Shown here: positions 27,130-43,600 of the stretch, one piece after another
Layout of the letters: each line of letters starts with the position of its first letter
Position numbering within the stretch: the stretch's first letter is position 1
Assembly (NCBI GenBank): GCA_964016885.1
Contig: OZ024742.1
Location: 376,030,001 to 376,094,000, forward strand
Direction of reading: 5' to 3'
Source: Eledone cirrhosa
Lineage: Eukaryota
Length of the DNA: 64,000 nucleotides
Notes under the pieces: generated by a model
What the model saw: the letters and a program-made list of their open reading frames with translations, nothing else
Databases searched by the model: none
What the model was told of the DNA's origin: nothing
Translations under genes and position numbers: made by a program

Positions 27130-30100
27130 AACCTAGTAAACACCAGCTCTGGTTATACAAAACTAAATAGAGAACAACTGGTATTGACACTAGTACCAAC
27201 CTAGTAAACACCAGCTCTGGTTATATAAAATTAGATAGTGAACAACTGGTATTGACACTAGTACCAACCTAGTAAACACCAGCTGTGGTAATATAAAACT
27301 AGATGGAGAACAACTGGTATTGACACTAGTACCAACCTGGTAAACACCAGCTCTGGTTATACAAAACTTTCATAGAGAACAACTGGTATTGACACTAGTA
27401 ACAACCTAGTAAATACCAGCCCTGGTTATATAAAACTAGATAGACAACTGGTATTGACACTAGTACCAACCTAGTAAACACCAGCTCTGGTTATATAAAA
27501 CCAAGGAGAGAACTGGTATTGAGAATAATACCAACCTAGTAAACACCAGCTCTGGTTATATAAAACTAGATAAACAACTGGTATTGACACTAGTACCAAC
27601 CTAGTAAACACCAGCTCTGGTTATATAAAACTAGATAGACAACTGGTATTGACACTAGTACCAACCTAGTAAACACCAGCTCTGGTAATATAAAACTAGA
27701 TGGAGAACAACTGGTATTGACACTAGTACCAATCTAGTAAACACCAGCTCTGGTTATATAAAACTAGATAGAGAACAACTGGTATTGACACTAGTACCAA
27801 CCTAGTAAACACCAGCTCTGGTTATATAAAACTAGATAGAGAACAACTGGTATTGACACTAGTACCAACCTAGTAAACACCAGCTCTGGTTATATAAAAC
27901 TAGATAGAGAACAACTGGTATTGACACTAGTACCAACCTAGTAAACACCAGCTCTGGTTATATACAACTAGATAGAGAACAACTGGTATTGACACTAGGA
28001 CCAACCTAGTAAACACCAGCTCTGGTTATATGAAACTAGATAGAGAACAACTGGTATTGAGACTAGTACCAACCTAGTAAACACCAGCTCTGGTTATATA
28101 AAACTAGATAGACAACTGGTATTGACACTAGTACCAACCTAGTAAACACCAGATCTGGTTATATAAAACTAGATAGACAACTGGTATTGACACTAGTACC
28201 AACCTAGTAAACACCAGCCCTGGTAATATAAAACTAGATAGAGAACAACTGGTATTGACACTAGTACCAACCTAGTAAACACCAGCTCTGGATATATAAA
28301 ACTAGATAGAGAACAACTGGTATTGAGACTAGTACCAACCTAGTAAACACCAGCTCTGGTTATATAAAACTAGATAGACAACTGGTATTGACACTAGTAC
28401 CAACCTAGTAAACACCAGCCCTGGTAATATAAAACTAGATAGAGAACAACTGGTATTGACACTAGTACCAACCTAGTAAACACCAGCTCTGGTTATATAA
28501 AACTAGATAGAGCACAACTGGTATTGACACACGTACCAACCTGGTAAACACCAGCTCTGGTTATATAAAACTATGGAGAGAACTGGTATTGAAACTAGTA
28601 CCAACCTAGTAAACACCAGCTCTGGTTATATAAAACTAGATAGAGAACAACTGGTATTGACACTAGTACCAACCTAGTAAACACCAGCTCTGGTTATATA
28701 GAACTAGATAGACAACTGGTATTGACACTAGTACCAACCTGGTAAACACCAGCTCTGGTTATATAAAACTAGATAGAGCACAACTGGTATTGAGACTAGT
28801 ACCAACCTAGTAAACACCAACTCTGGTTATATAAAATTAGATAGAGAACAACTGGTATTGAGACTAGTGCCAACCTAGTAAACACCAGTTCTGGTTATAT
28901 AAAACTAGATGGAGAACAACTGGTATTGACACTAGTACCAACCTGGTAAACACCAGCTCTGGTTATATAAAACTAAATAGAGAACAACTGGTATTGAGAC
29001 TAGTACCAACCTAGTAAACACCAGCTCTGGTTATATAAAACTAGATGGAGAACAACTGGTATTGACACTAGTACCAACCTAGTAAACACCAGCCCAGGTT
29101 ATATAAAACTAGATAGAGAACAACTGGTATTGACACTAGTACCAACCTAGTAAACACGAGCTCTGGTTATATAAAACTAGGGAGAGAACTGGTATAGACA
29201 CTAGTACCAACCTAGTAAACACCAGCTCTGGTTATATAAAACTAGATAGAGAACAACTGGTATTGACACTAGTACCAACCTAGTAAACACCAGCTCTGGT
29301 TATATACAACTAGATAGAGAACAACTGGTATTGACACTAGGACCAACCTAGTAAACACCAGCTCTGGTTATATGAAACTAGATAGAGAACAACTGGTATT
29401 GAGACTAGTACCAACCTAGTAAACACCAGCTCTGGTTATATAAAACTAGATAGACAACTGGTATTGACACTAGTACCAACCTAATAAACACCAGATCTGG
29501 TTATATAAAACTAGATAGACAACTGGTATTGACACTAGTACTAACCTAGTAAACACCAGCCCTGGTAATATAAAACTAGATAGAGAACAACTGGTATTGA
29601 CACTAGTACCAACCTAGTAAACACCAGCTCTGGATATATAAAACTAGATAGAGAACAACTGGTATTGAGACTAGTACCAATCTAGTAAACACCAGCTCTG
29701 GTCATATAAAACTAGATAGAGAAAAACTGGTATTGACACTAGTACCAACCTAGTAAACACCAGCTCTGGTTATATAAAACTAGATAGAGCACAACTGGTA
29801 TTGACACTAGTACCAACCTGGTAAACACCAGCTCTGGTTATATAAAACTATGGAGAGAACTGGTATTGAAACTAGTACCAACCTAGTAAACACCAGCTCT
29901 GGTTATATAAAACTAGATAGAGAACAACTGGTATTGACACTAGTACCAACCTAGTAAACACCAGCTCTGGTTATATACAACTAGATAGAGAACAACTGGT
30001 ATTGACACTAGGACCAACCTAGTAAACACCAGCTCTGGTAATATAAAACTAGATGGAGAACAACTGGTATTGACACTAGTACCAACCTGGTAAACACCAG

Positions 30101-33100
30101 CGCTGGTTATACAAAACTTTCATAGAGAACAACAGGTATTGACACTAGCAACAACCTAGTAAACACCAGCCCTGGTTATATAAAACTAGATAGACAACTG
30201 GTACTGCCACTAGTACCAACCTAGTAAACACCAGCTCTGGTTATATAAAACTAGGGAGAGAACTGGTATTGAGACTAATACCAACCTAGTAACCACCAGC
30301 TCTGGTTATATAAAACTAGATAGACAACTGGTATTGACACTAGTACCAACCTAGTAAACACCAGCTCTGGTTATATACAACTCGATAGAGAACAACTGGT
30401 ATTGACACTAGTACCAACCTAGTAAACACCAGCTCTGGTTATATACAACAAGATAGAGAACAACTGGTATTGACACTAGGACCAACCTAGTAAACACCAG
30501 CTCTGGTTATATAAAACTAGATAGAGAACAACTGGTATTGAGACTAGTACCAACCTAGTAAACACCAGCTCTGGTTATATAAAACTAGATAGACAACTGG
30601 TATAGACACTAGTACCAACCTAGTTAACACCAGCTCTGGTTATATAAAACTAGATAGAGAACAACTGGTATTGACACTAGTACCAACCTAGTAAACACCA
30701 GCTCTGGTTATATACAACTAGATAGAGAACAACTGGTATTGACACTAGGACCAACATAGTAAACACCAGCTCTGGTTATGTAAAACTAGATAGACAACTG
30801 GTATTGACACTAGTACCAACCTAGTAAACACCAGGCCTAGTAATATAAAACTAGATAGAGAACAACTGGTATTGACACTAGTACCAACCTAGTAAACACC
30901 AGCTCTGGTTATATAAAACTAGGGAGAGAACAACTGGTATTGACACTAGTACCAACCTAGTAAACACCAGCTCTGGTTATATAAAACTAGGGAGAGAACA
31001 ACTGGTATTGACACTAGTACCAACCTAGTAAACACCAGCTCTGGTTATATAAACTAGATGGAGAACAACTGGTATTGACACTAGTACCAACCTAGTAAAC
31101 ACCAGCTCTGGTTATATAAAACTAGATGGAGAACAATTGGTATTGACACTAGTACCAACCTAGTAAACACCAGCTCTGGTTATACAAAACTAGATAGAGA
31201 ACAACTGGTATTGACACTAGTACCAACCTAGTAAACACCAGCTCTGGTAATATAACTAGATAGAGAACAACTGGTATTGAGACTAGTACCAACCTAGTAA
31301 ACACCAGCTCTGGTTATATAAAACTAGATAGACAACTGGTATTGCAACTAGTACCAACCTAGTAAACACCAGCTCTGGTTATATAAAACTAGATAGAGAA
31401 CAACTGGTATTTCCACTAGTACCAACCTAGTAAACACCAGCTCTGGTTATATAAAACTAGATAGAGAACAACTGGTATTGCAACTAGTACCAACCTAGTA
31501 AACACCAGCTCTGGTTATATAAAACTAGATAGAGAACAACTGGTATTGACACTAGTACCAACCTAGTAAACACCAGCTCTGGTTATATAAAACTAGATAG
31601 AGAACAACTGGCATTGCCACTAGTACCAACCTAGTAAACACCAGCTCTAGTTATATAAAACTAGATGGAGAACAACTGGTATTGACACTAGTACCAACCT
31701 AGTAAACACCAGCCCTGGTTATATAAAACTAGATGGAGAACAATTGGTATTGACACTAGTACCAACCTAGTAAACACCAGCTCTGGTTATACAAAACTAA
31801 ATAGAGAACAACTGGTATTGACACTAGTACCAACCTAGTAAACACCAGCTCTGGTTATATAAAACTAGATGGAGAACAATTGGTATTGACACTAGTACCA
31901 ACCTAGTAAACACCAGCTCTGGTTATACAAAACTAAATAGAGAACAACTGGTATTGACACTAGTACCAACCTAGTAAACACCAGCTCTGGTTATATAAAA
32001 TTAGATAGTGAACAACTTGTATTGACACTAGTACCAACCTAGTAAACACCAGCTCTGGTAATATAAAACTAGATGGAGAACAACTGGTATTGACACTAGT
32101 ACCAACCTGGTAAACACCAGCTCTGGTTATACAAAACTTTCATAGAGAACAACTGGTATTGACACTAGTAACAACCTAGTAAACACCAGCCCTGGTTATA
32201 TAAAACTAGATAGACAACTGGTATTGACACTAGTACCAACCTAGTAAACACCAGCTCTGGTTATATAAAACTAGGGAGAGAACTGGTATTGAGAATAATA
32301 CCAACCTAGTAAACACCAGCTCTGGTTATATAAAACTAGATAAACAACTGGTATTGACACTAGTACCAACCTAGTAAACACCAGCTCTGGTTATATAAAA
32401 CTAGATAGAGAACAACTGGTATTGACACTAGTACCAACCTAGTAAACACCAGCTCTGGTTATATAAAACTAGATAGACAACTGGTATTGACACTAGTACC
32501 AACCTAGTAAACACCAGCTCTGGTAATATAAAACTAGATGGAGAACAACTGGTATTGACACTAGTACCAATCTAGTAAACACCAGCTCTGGTTATATAAA
32601 ACTAGATAGAGAACAACTGGTATTGACACTAGTACCAACCTAGTAAACACCAGCTCTGGTTATATAAAACTGGATAGAGAACAACTGGTATTGACACTAG
32701 TACCAACCTAGTAAACACCAGCTCTGGTTATATAAAACTAGATAGAGAACAACTGGTATTGACACTAGTACCAACCTAGTAAACACCAGCTCTGGTTATA
32801 TACAACTAGATAGAGAACAACTGGTATTGACACTAGTACCAACCTAGTAAACACCAGCTCTGGTTATATGAAACTAGATAGAGAACAACTGGTATTGAGA
32901 CTAGTACCAACCTAGTAAACACCAGCTCTGGTTATATAAAACTAGATAGACAACTGGTATTGACACTAGTACCAACCTAGTAAACACCAGATCTGGTTAT
33001 ATAAAACTAGATAGACAACTGGTATTGACACTAGTACCAACCTAGTAAACACCAGCCCTGGTAATATAAAACTAGATAGAGAACAACTGGTATTGACACT

Positions 33101-34650
33101 AGTACCAACCTAGTAAACACCAGCTCTGGATATATAAAACTAGATAGAGAACAACTGGTATTGAGACTAGTACCAACCTAGTAAACACCAGCTCTGGTCA
33201 TATAAAACTAGATAGAGAAAAACTGGTATTGACACTAGTACCAACCTAGTAAACACCAGCTCTGGTTATATAAAACTAGATAGAGCACAACTGGTATTGA
33301 CACACGTACCAACCTGGTAAACACCAGCTCTGGTTATATAAAACTATGGAGAGAACTGGTATTGAAACTAGTACCAACCTAGTAAACACCAGCTCTGGTT
33401 ATATAAAACTAGATAGAGAACAACTGGTATTGACACTAGTACCAACCTAGTAAACACCAGCTCTGGTTATATAGAACTAGATAGACAACTGGTATTGACA
33501 CTAGTACCAACCTGGTAAACACCAGCTCTGGTTATATAAAACTAGATAGAGCACAACTGGTATTGAGACTAGTACCAACCTAGTAAACACCAACTCTGGT
33601 TATATAAAATTAGATAGAGAACAACTGGTATTGAGACTAGTGCCAACCTAGTAAACACCAGTTCTGGTTATATAAAACTAAGTAGAGAACAACTGGTATT
33701 GAGACTAGTACCAACCTAGTAAACACCAGCTCTGGTTATATAAAACTAGATGGAGAACAACTGGTATTGACACTAGTACCAACCTAGTAAACACCAGCCC
33801 AGGTTATATAAAACTAGATAGAGAACAACTGGTATTGACACTAGTACCAACCTAGTAAACACCAGCTCTGGTTATATAAAACTAGGGAGAGAACTGGTAT
33901 AGACACTAGTACCAACCTAGTAAACACCAGCTCTGGTTATATAAAACTAGATAGAGAACAACTGTTATTGACACTAGTACCAACCTAGTAAACACCAGCT
34001 CTGGTTATATACAACTAGATAGAGAACAACTGGTATTGACACTAGGACCAACCTAGTAAACACCAGCTCTGCTTATATGAAACTAGATAGAGAACAACTG
34101 GTATTGAGACTAGTACCAACCTAGTAAACACCAGCTCTGGTTATATAAAACTAGATAGACAACTGGTATTGACACTAGTACCAACCTAATAAACACCAGA
34201 TCTGGTTATATAAAACTAGATAGACAACTGGTATTGACACTAGTACTAACCTAGTAAACACCAGCCCTGGTAATATAAAACTAGATAGAGAACAACTGGT
34301 ATTGACACTAGTACCAACCTAGTAAACACCAGCTCTGGATATATAAAACTAGATAGAGAACAACTGGTATTGAGACTAGTACCAATCTAGTAAACACCAG
34401 CTCTGGTCATATAAAACTAGATAGAGAAAAACTGGTATTGACACTAGTACCAACCTAGTAAACACCAGCTCTGGTTATATAAAACTAGATAGAGCACAAC
34501 TGGTATTGACACTAGTACCAACCTGGTAAACACCAGCTCTGGTTATATAAAACTATGGAGAGAACTGGTATTGAAACTAGTACCAACCTAGTAAACACCA
34601 GCTCTGGTTATATAAAACTAGATAGAGAACAACTGGTATTGACACTAGTA
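27130..34650. repeat. Block duplication with about 4770-bp offset (about 27.1-29.9 kb vs about 31.9-34.6 kb); a further partial copy lies near 22.9-24.1 kb
   Basis: GAGAATAATA at 27521/32291. CAC-ACGTACC at 23098, 28531 and 33304. The order of TATGGAGAG, GAAACTAG, CCAACTCT, AGTGCC and CTAATAAAC/CAGATCTG variants is shared. Confidence 0.82.
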
Positions 34651-37600
34651 CCAACCTAGTAAACACCAGCTCTGGTTATATAGAACTAGATAGACAACTG
34701 GTATTGACACTAGTACCAACCTGGTAAACACCAGCTCTGGTTATATAAAACTAGATAGAGCACAACTGGTATTGAGACTAGTACCAACCTAGTAAACACC
34801 AGCTCTGGTTATATAAAACTAGATAGAGAACAACTGGTATTGAGACTAGTGCCAACCTAGTAAACACCAGTTCTGGTTATATAAAACTAGATGGAGAACA
34901 ACTGGTATTCAAACTAGTACCAACCTGGTAAACACCAGCTCTGGTTATATAAAACTAAATAGAGAACAACTGGTATTGAGACTAGTACCAACCTAGTAAA
35001 CACCAGCTCTGGTTATATAAAACTAGATGGAGAACAACTGGTATTGACACTAGTACCAACCTGGTAAAGACCAGCTCTGGTTATATAAAACTAGATAGAG
35101 AACAACTGGTATTGACACTAGTACCAACCTAGTAAACACCAGCCCAGGTTATATAAAACTAGATAGAGAACAACTGGTATTGACACTAGTACCAACCTAG
35201 TAAACACCAGCTCTGGTTATATAAAACTAGGGAGAGAACTGGTATAGACACTAGTACCAACCTAGTAAACACCAGCTCTGGTTATATGAAACTAGATAGA
35301 GAACAACTGGTATTGACACTAGTACCAACCTAGTAAACACCAGCTCTGGTTATATACAACTCGATAGAGAACAACTGGTATTGACACTAGTACCAACCTA
35401 GTAAACACCAGCTCTGGTTATATACAACTAGATAGAGAACAACTGGTATTGACACTAGGACCAACCTAGTAAACACCAGCTCTGGTTATATAAAACTAGA
35501 TAGAGAACAACTGGTATTGAGACTAGTACCAACCTAGTAAACACCAGCTCTGGTTATATAAAACTAGATAGACAACTGGTATAGACACTAGTACCAACCT
35601 AGTTAACACCAGCTCTGGTTATATAAAACTAGATAGAGAACAACTGGTATTGACACTAGTACCAACCTAGTAAACACGAGCTCTGGTTATATACAACTAG
35701 ATAGAGAACAACTGGTATTGACACTAGGACCAACCTAGTAAACACCAGCTCTGGTTATGTAAAACTAGATAGATAACTGGTATTGACACTAGTACCAACC
35801 TAGTAAACACCAGCCCTAGTAATATAAAACTAGATAGAGAACAACTGGTATTGACACTAGTACCAACCTAGTAAACACCAGCTCTGGTTATATAAAACTA
35901 GGGAGAGAACAACTGGTATTGACACTAGTACCAACCTAGTAAACACCAGCTATGGTTATATAAAACTAGATGGAGAACAACTGGTATTGACACTAGTACC
36001 AACCTAGTAAACACCAGCTCTGGTTATATAAAACTAGATGGAGAACAACTGGTATTGACACTAGTACCAACCTAGTAAACACCAGCTCTGGTTATATAAA
36101 ACTAGATAGAGAACGATTGGTATTGACACTAGTACAAACCCAGTAAACACCAGCTCTGGTTATATAAAACTTGATAGAGAACAACTGGTATTGAGACTAG
36201 TACCAACCTAGTAAACACCAGCTCTGGTTATATAAAACTAGATGGAGAACAACTGGTATTGACACTAGTACCAACCTAGTAAACACCAGCCCTGGTTATA
36301 TAAAACTAGGGAGAGAACAACTGGTATTGACACTAGTACCAATCTAGTAAACACCAGCTCTGGTAATATAAAACTAGATAGAGAACAACTGGTATTGACA
36401 CTAGTACCAACCTAGTAAACACCAGCTCTGGTTATATAAAACTAGGGAGAGAACAACTGGTATTGACACTAGTACCAACCTAGTAAACACCAGCTCTGGT
36501 TATATAAAACTAGATAGAGAACAACTGGTATTGAGACTAGTACCAACCTAGTAAACACCAGCGCTGGTTATATAAAACTAGATAGAGAACAACTGGTATT
36601 GAGACTAGTACCAACCTAGTAAACACCAGCTCTGGTTATATAAAACTAGATAGAGAACAACTGGTATTGAGACTAGTACCAACCTAGTAAACACCAGCTC
36701 TGGTTATATAAAACTAGATAGAGAACAACTGGTATTGCCACTAGTACCAACCTAGTAAACACCAGCTCTGGTTATATAAAACTAGATAGAGAACAACTGG
36801 TTTTGACACTAGTACCAACCTAGTAAACACCAGCTCTGGTTATATAAAACTAGATGGAGAACAACTGGTATTGACACTAGTACCAACCTAGTAAACACCA
36901 GCTCTGGTTATATAAAACTAGATGGAGAACAATTGGTATTGACACTAGTACCAACCTAGTAAACACCATCTCTGGTTACACAAAACTAAATAGAGAACAA
37001 CTGGTATTGACACTAGTACCAACCTAGTAAACACCAGCTCTGGTTATATAAAATTAGATAGTGAACAACTGGTATTGACACTAGTACCAACCTAGTAAAC
37101 ACCAGCTCTGGTAATATAAAACTAGATGGAGAACAACTGGCATTGACACTAGTACCAACCTGGTAAACACCAGCTCTGGTTATACAAAACTTTGATAGAG
37201 AACAACTGGTATTGACACTAGTACCAACCTAGTAAACACCAGCTCTGGTTATATACAACTAGATAGAGAACAACTGGTATTGACACTAGGACCAACCTAG
37301 TAAACACCAGCTCTGGTTATATGAAACTAGATAGAGAACAACTGGTATTGAGACTAGTACCAACCTAGTAAACACCAGCTCTGGTTATATAAAACTAGAT
37401 AGACAACTGGTATTGACACTAGTACCAACCTAGTAAACACCAGCTCTGGATATATAAAACTAGATAGAGAACAACTGGTATTGAGACTAGTACCAACCTA
37501 GTAAACACCAGCTCTGGTCATATAAAACTAGATAGAGAAAAACTGGTATTGAAACTAGTACCAACCTAGTAAACACCAGCTCTGGTTATATAAAACTAGA

Positions 37601-40600
37601 TAGAGCACAACTGGTATTGACACTAGTACCAACCTGGTAAACACCAGCACTGGTTATATAAAACTATGGAGAGAACTGGTATTGAAACTAGTACCAACCT
37701 AGTAAACACCAGCTCTGGTTATATAAAACTAGATAGAGAACAACTGGTATTGACACTAGTACCAACCTAGTAAACACCAGCTCTGGTTATATAGAACTAG
37801 ATAGACAACTGGTATTGACACTAGTACCAACCTGGTAAACACCAGCTCTGGTTATATAAAACTAGATAGAGCACAACTGGTATTGAGACTAGTACCAACC
37901 TAGTAAACACCAGCTCTGGTTATATAAAACTAGATAGAGAACAACTGGTATTGAGACAAGTGCCAACCTAGTAAACACCAGTTCTGGTTATATAAAACTA
38001 GATGGAGAACAACTGGTATTGACACTAGTACCAACCTGGTAAACACCAGCTCTGGTTATATAAAACTAAATAGAGACCAACTGGTATTGACACTAGTACC
38101 AACCTAGTAAACACCAGCCCAGGTTATATAAAACTAGATAGAGAACAACTGGTATTGACACTAGTACCAACCTAGTAAACACCAGCTCTGGTTATATAAA
38201 ACTAGGGAGAGAACTGGTATAGACACTAGTACCAACCTAGTAAACACCAGCTCTGGTTATATAAAACTAGATAGAGAACAACTGGTATTGACACTAGTAC
38301 CAACCTAGTAAACACCAGCTCTGGTTATATACAACTCGATAGAGAACAACTGGTATTGACACTAGTACCAACCTAGTAAACACCAGCTCTGGTTATATAC
38401 AACTAGATAGAGAACAACTGGTATTGACACTAGGACCAACCTAGTAAACACCAGCTCTGGTTATATACAACTAGATAGAGAACAACTGGTATTGACACTA
38501 GGACCAACCTAGTAAACACCAGCTCTGGTTATATAAAACTAGATAGATAACTGGTATTGACACTAGTACCAACCTAGTAAACACCAGCCCTAGTAATATA
38601 AAACTAGATAGAGAACAACTGGTATTGACACTAGTACCAACCTAGTAAACACCAGCTCTGGTTATATAAAAGTAGGGAGAGAACAACTGGTATTGCAACT
38701 AGTACCAACCTAGTAAACACCAGCTCTGGTTATATAAAACTAGATGGAGAACAATTGGTATTGACACTAGTACCAACCTAGTAAACACCAGCTCTGGTTA
38801 CACAAAACTAAATAGAGAACAACTGGTATTGACACTAGTACCAACCTAGTAAACACCAGCTCTGGTTATATAAAATTAGATAGTGAACAACTGGTATTGA
38901 CACTAGTACCAACCTAGTAAACACCAGCTCTGGTAATATAAAACTAGATGGAGAACAACTGGTATTGACACTAGTACCAACCTGGTAAACACCAGCTCTG
39001 GTTATACAAAACTTTGATAGAGAACAACTGGTATTGACACTAGTACCAACCTAGTAAACACCAGCTCTGGTTATATACAACTAGATAGAGAACAACTGGT
39101 ATTGAGACTAGTACCAACCTAGTAAACACCAGCTCTGGATATATAAAACTAGATAGAGAACAACTGGTATTGAGACTAGTACCAATCTAGTAAACACCAG
39201 CTCTGGTCATATAAAACTAGATAGAGAAAAACTGGTATTGACACTAGTACCAACCTAGTAAACACCAGCTCTGGTTATATAAAACTAGATAGAGAACAAC
39301 TGGTATTGACACTAGTACCAACCTAGTAAACACCAGCTCTGGATATATAAAACTAGATAGAGAAAAACTGGTATTGACACTAGTACCAACCTAGTAAACA
39401 CCAGCTCTGGTTATATAAAACTAGATGGAGAACAACTGGTATTGACACTAGTACCAACCTGGTAAACACCAGCTCTGGTTATATAAAACTAAATAGAGAA
39501 CAACTGGTATTGAGACTAGTACCAACCTAGTAAACACCAGCTCTGGTTATATAAAACTAGATGGAGAACAACTGGTATTGACACTAGTACCAACCTGGTA
39601 AACACCAGCTCTGGTTATATAAAACTAGATAGAGAACAACTGGTATTGACACTAGTACCAACCTAGTAAACACCAGCCCAGGTTATATAAAACTAGATAG
39701 AGAACAACTGGTATTGACACTAGTACCAACCTAGTAAACACCAGCTCTGGTTATATAAAACTAGGGAGAGAACTGGTATAGACACTAGTACCAACCTAGT
39801 AAACACCAGCTCTGGTTATATAAAACTAGATAGAGAACAACTGGTATTGACACTAGTACCAACCTAGTAAACACCAGCTCTGGTTATATACAACTCGATA
39901 GACAACAACTGGTATTGACACTAGTACCAACCTAGTAAACACCAGCTCTGGTTATATACAACTACATAGAGAACAACTGGTATTGACACTAGGACCAACC
40001 TAGTAAACACCAGCTCTGGTTATATAAAACTAGATAGAGAACAACTGGTATTGAGACTAGTACCAACCTAGTAAACACCAGCTCTGGTTATATAAAACTA
40101 GATAGACAACTGGTATAGACACTAGTACCAACCTAGTTAACACCAGCTCTGGTTATATAAAACTAGATAGAGAACAACTGGTATTGACACTAGTACCAAC
40201 CTAGTAAACACGAGCTCTGGTTATATACAACTAGATAGAGAACAACTGGTATTGACACTAGGACCAACCTAGTAAACACCAGCTCTGGTTATGTAAAACT
40301 AGATAGATAACTGGTATTGACACTAGTACCAACCTAGTAAACACCAGCCCTAGTAATATAAAACTAGATAGAGAACAACTGGTATTGACACTAGTACCAA
40401 CCTAGTAAACACCAGCTCTGGTTATATAAAACTAGGGAGAGAACAACTGGTATTGACACTAGTACCAACCTAGTAAACACCAGCTCTGGTTATATAAAAC
40501 TAGATGGAGAACAACTGGTATTGACACTAGTACCAACCTAGTAAACACCAGCTCTGGTTATATAAAACTAGATGGAGAACAACTGGTATTGACACTAGTA

Positions 40601-43600
40601 CCAACCTAGTAAACACCAGCTCTGGTTATATAAAACTAGATAGAGAACAATTGGTATTGACACTAGTACCAACCCAGTAAACACCAGCTCTGGTTATATA
40701 AAACTTGATAGAGAACAACTGGTATTGAGACTAGTACCAACCTAGTAAACACCAGCTCTGGTTATATAAAACTAGATGGAGAACAACTGGTATTGACACT
40801 AGTACCAACCTAGTAAACACCAGCTCTGGTTATATAAAACTAGATGGAGAACAACTGGTATTGACACTAGTACCAACCTAGTAAACACCAGCCCTGGTTA
40901 TATAAAACTAGGGAGAGAACAACTGGTATTGACACTAGTACCAATCTAGTAAACACCAGCTCAGGTAATATAAAACTAGATAGAGAACAACTGGTATTGA
41001 CACTAGTACCAACCTAGTAAACACCAGCTCTGGTTATATAAAACTAGGGAGAGAATAACTGGTATTGACACTAGTACCAACCTAGTAAACACCAGCTCTG
41101 GTTATATAAAACTAGATAGACAACTGGTATTGCCACTAGTACCAACCTAGTAAACACCAGCTCTGGTTATATAAAACTAGATAGAGAACAACTGGTATTG
41201 AGACTAGTACCAACCTAGTAAACACCAGCTCTGGTTATATAAAACTAGATAGACAACTGGTATTGCAACTAGTACCAACCTAGTAAACACCAGCTCTGGT
41301 TATATAAAACTAGATAGACAACTGGTATTGCAACTAGTACCAACCTAGTAAACACCAGCTCTGGTTACACAAAACTAAATAGAGAACAACTGGTATTGAG
41401 ACTAGTACCAACCTAGTAAACACCAGCTCTGGTTATATAAAACTAGGGAGAGAATAACTGGTATTGACACTAGTACCAACCTAGTAAACACCAGCTCTGG
41501 TTATATAAAACTAGATAGACAACTGGTATTGCCACTAGTACCAACCTAGTAAACACCAGCTCTGGTTATATAAAACTAGATAGAGAACAACTGGTATTGA
41601 GACTAGTACCAACCTAGTAAACACCAGCTCTGGTTATATAAAACTAGATAGACAACTGGTATTGCAACTAGTACCAACCTAGTAAACACCAGCTCTGGTT
41701 ATATAAAACTAGATAGACAACTGGTATTGCAACTAGTACCAACCTAGTAAACACCAGCTCTGGTTATATAAAACTAGATGGAGAACAACTGGTATTGACA
41801 CTAGTACCAACCTAGTAAACACCAGCTCTGGTTATATAAAACTAGATAGACAACTGGTATTGACACTAGTACCAACCTAGTAAACACCAGCTCTGGTTAT
41901 ATAAAACTAGATAGAGAACAACTGGTATTGCCACTAGTACCAACCTAGTAAACACCAGCTCTGGTTATATAAAACTAGATAGAGAACAACTGGTATTGAC
42001 ACTAGTACCAACCTAGTAAACACCAGCTCTGGTTATATAAAACTAGGGAGAGAATAACTGGTATTGACACTAGTACCAACCTAGTAAACACCAGCTCTGG
42101 TTATATAAAACTAGGGAGAGAACAACTGGTATTGACACTAGTACCAATCTATTAAACACCAGCTCTGGTAATATAAAACTAGATAGAGAACAACTGGTAT
42201 TGACACTAGTACCAACCTAGTAAACACCAGCTCTGGTTATATAAAACTAGGGAGAGAACAACTGGTATTGACACTAGTACCAACATAGTAAACACCAGCT
42301 CTGGTTATATAAAACTAGATAGACAACTGGTATTGCAACTAGTACCAACCTAGTAAACACCAGCTCTGGTTATATAAAACTAGATAGACAACTGGTATTG
42401 CAACTAGTACCAACCTAGTAAACACCAGCTCTGGTTATATAAAACTAGATGGAGAACAACTGGTATTGACACTAGTACCAACCTAGTAAACACCAGCTCT
42501 GGTTATATAAAACTAGATGGAGAACAACTGGTATTGACACTAGTACCAACCTAGTAAACACCAGCCCTGGTTATATAAAACTAGGGAGAGAACAACTGGT
42601 ATTGACACTAGTACCAATCTAGTAAACACCAGCTCTGGTAATATAAAACTAGATAGAGAACAACTGGTATTGACACTAGTACCAACCTAGTAAACACCAG
42701 CTCTGGTTATATAAAACTAGGGAGAGAACAACTGGTATTGACACTAGTACCAATCTATTAAACACCAGCTCTGGTAATATAAAACTAGATAGAGAACAAC
42801 TGGTATTGACACTAGTACCAACCTAGTAAACACCAGCTCTGGTTATATAAAACTAGGGAGAGAATAACTGGTATTGACACTAGTACCAACATAGTAAACA
42901 CCAGCTCTGGTTATATAAAACTAGATAGACAACTGGTATTGCCACTAGTACCAACCTAGTAAACACCAGCTCTGGTTATATAAAACTAGATAGAGAACAA
43001 CTGGTATTGAGACTAGTACCAACCTAGTAAACACCAGCGCTGGTTATATAAAACTAGATAGACAACTGGTATTGCAACTAGTACCAACCTAGTAAACACC
43101 AGCTCTGGTTATATAAAACTAGATGGAGAACAATTGGTATTGACACTAGTACCAACCTAGTAAACACCAGCTCTGGTTACACAAAACTAAATAGAGAACA
43201 ACTGGTATTGACACTAGTACCAACCTAGTAAACACCAGCTCTGGTTATATAAAATTAGATAGTGAACAACTGGTATTGACACTAGTACCAACCTAGTAAA
43301 CACCAGCTCTGGTAATATAAAACTAGATGGAGAACAACTGGTATTGACACTAGTACCAGCCTGGTAAACACCAGCTCTGGTTATACAAAACTTTGATAGA
43401 GAACAACTGGTATTGACACTAGTACCAACCTAGTAAACACCAGCTCTGGTTATATACAACTAGATAGAGAACAACTGGTATTGAGACTAGTACCAACCTA
43501 GTAAACACCAGCTCTGGTTATATAAAACTAGATAGACAACTGGTATTGACACTAGTACCAACCTAGTAAACACCAGATCTGGTTATATAAAACTAGATAG

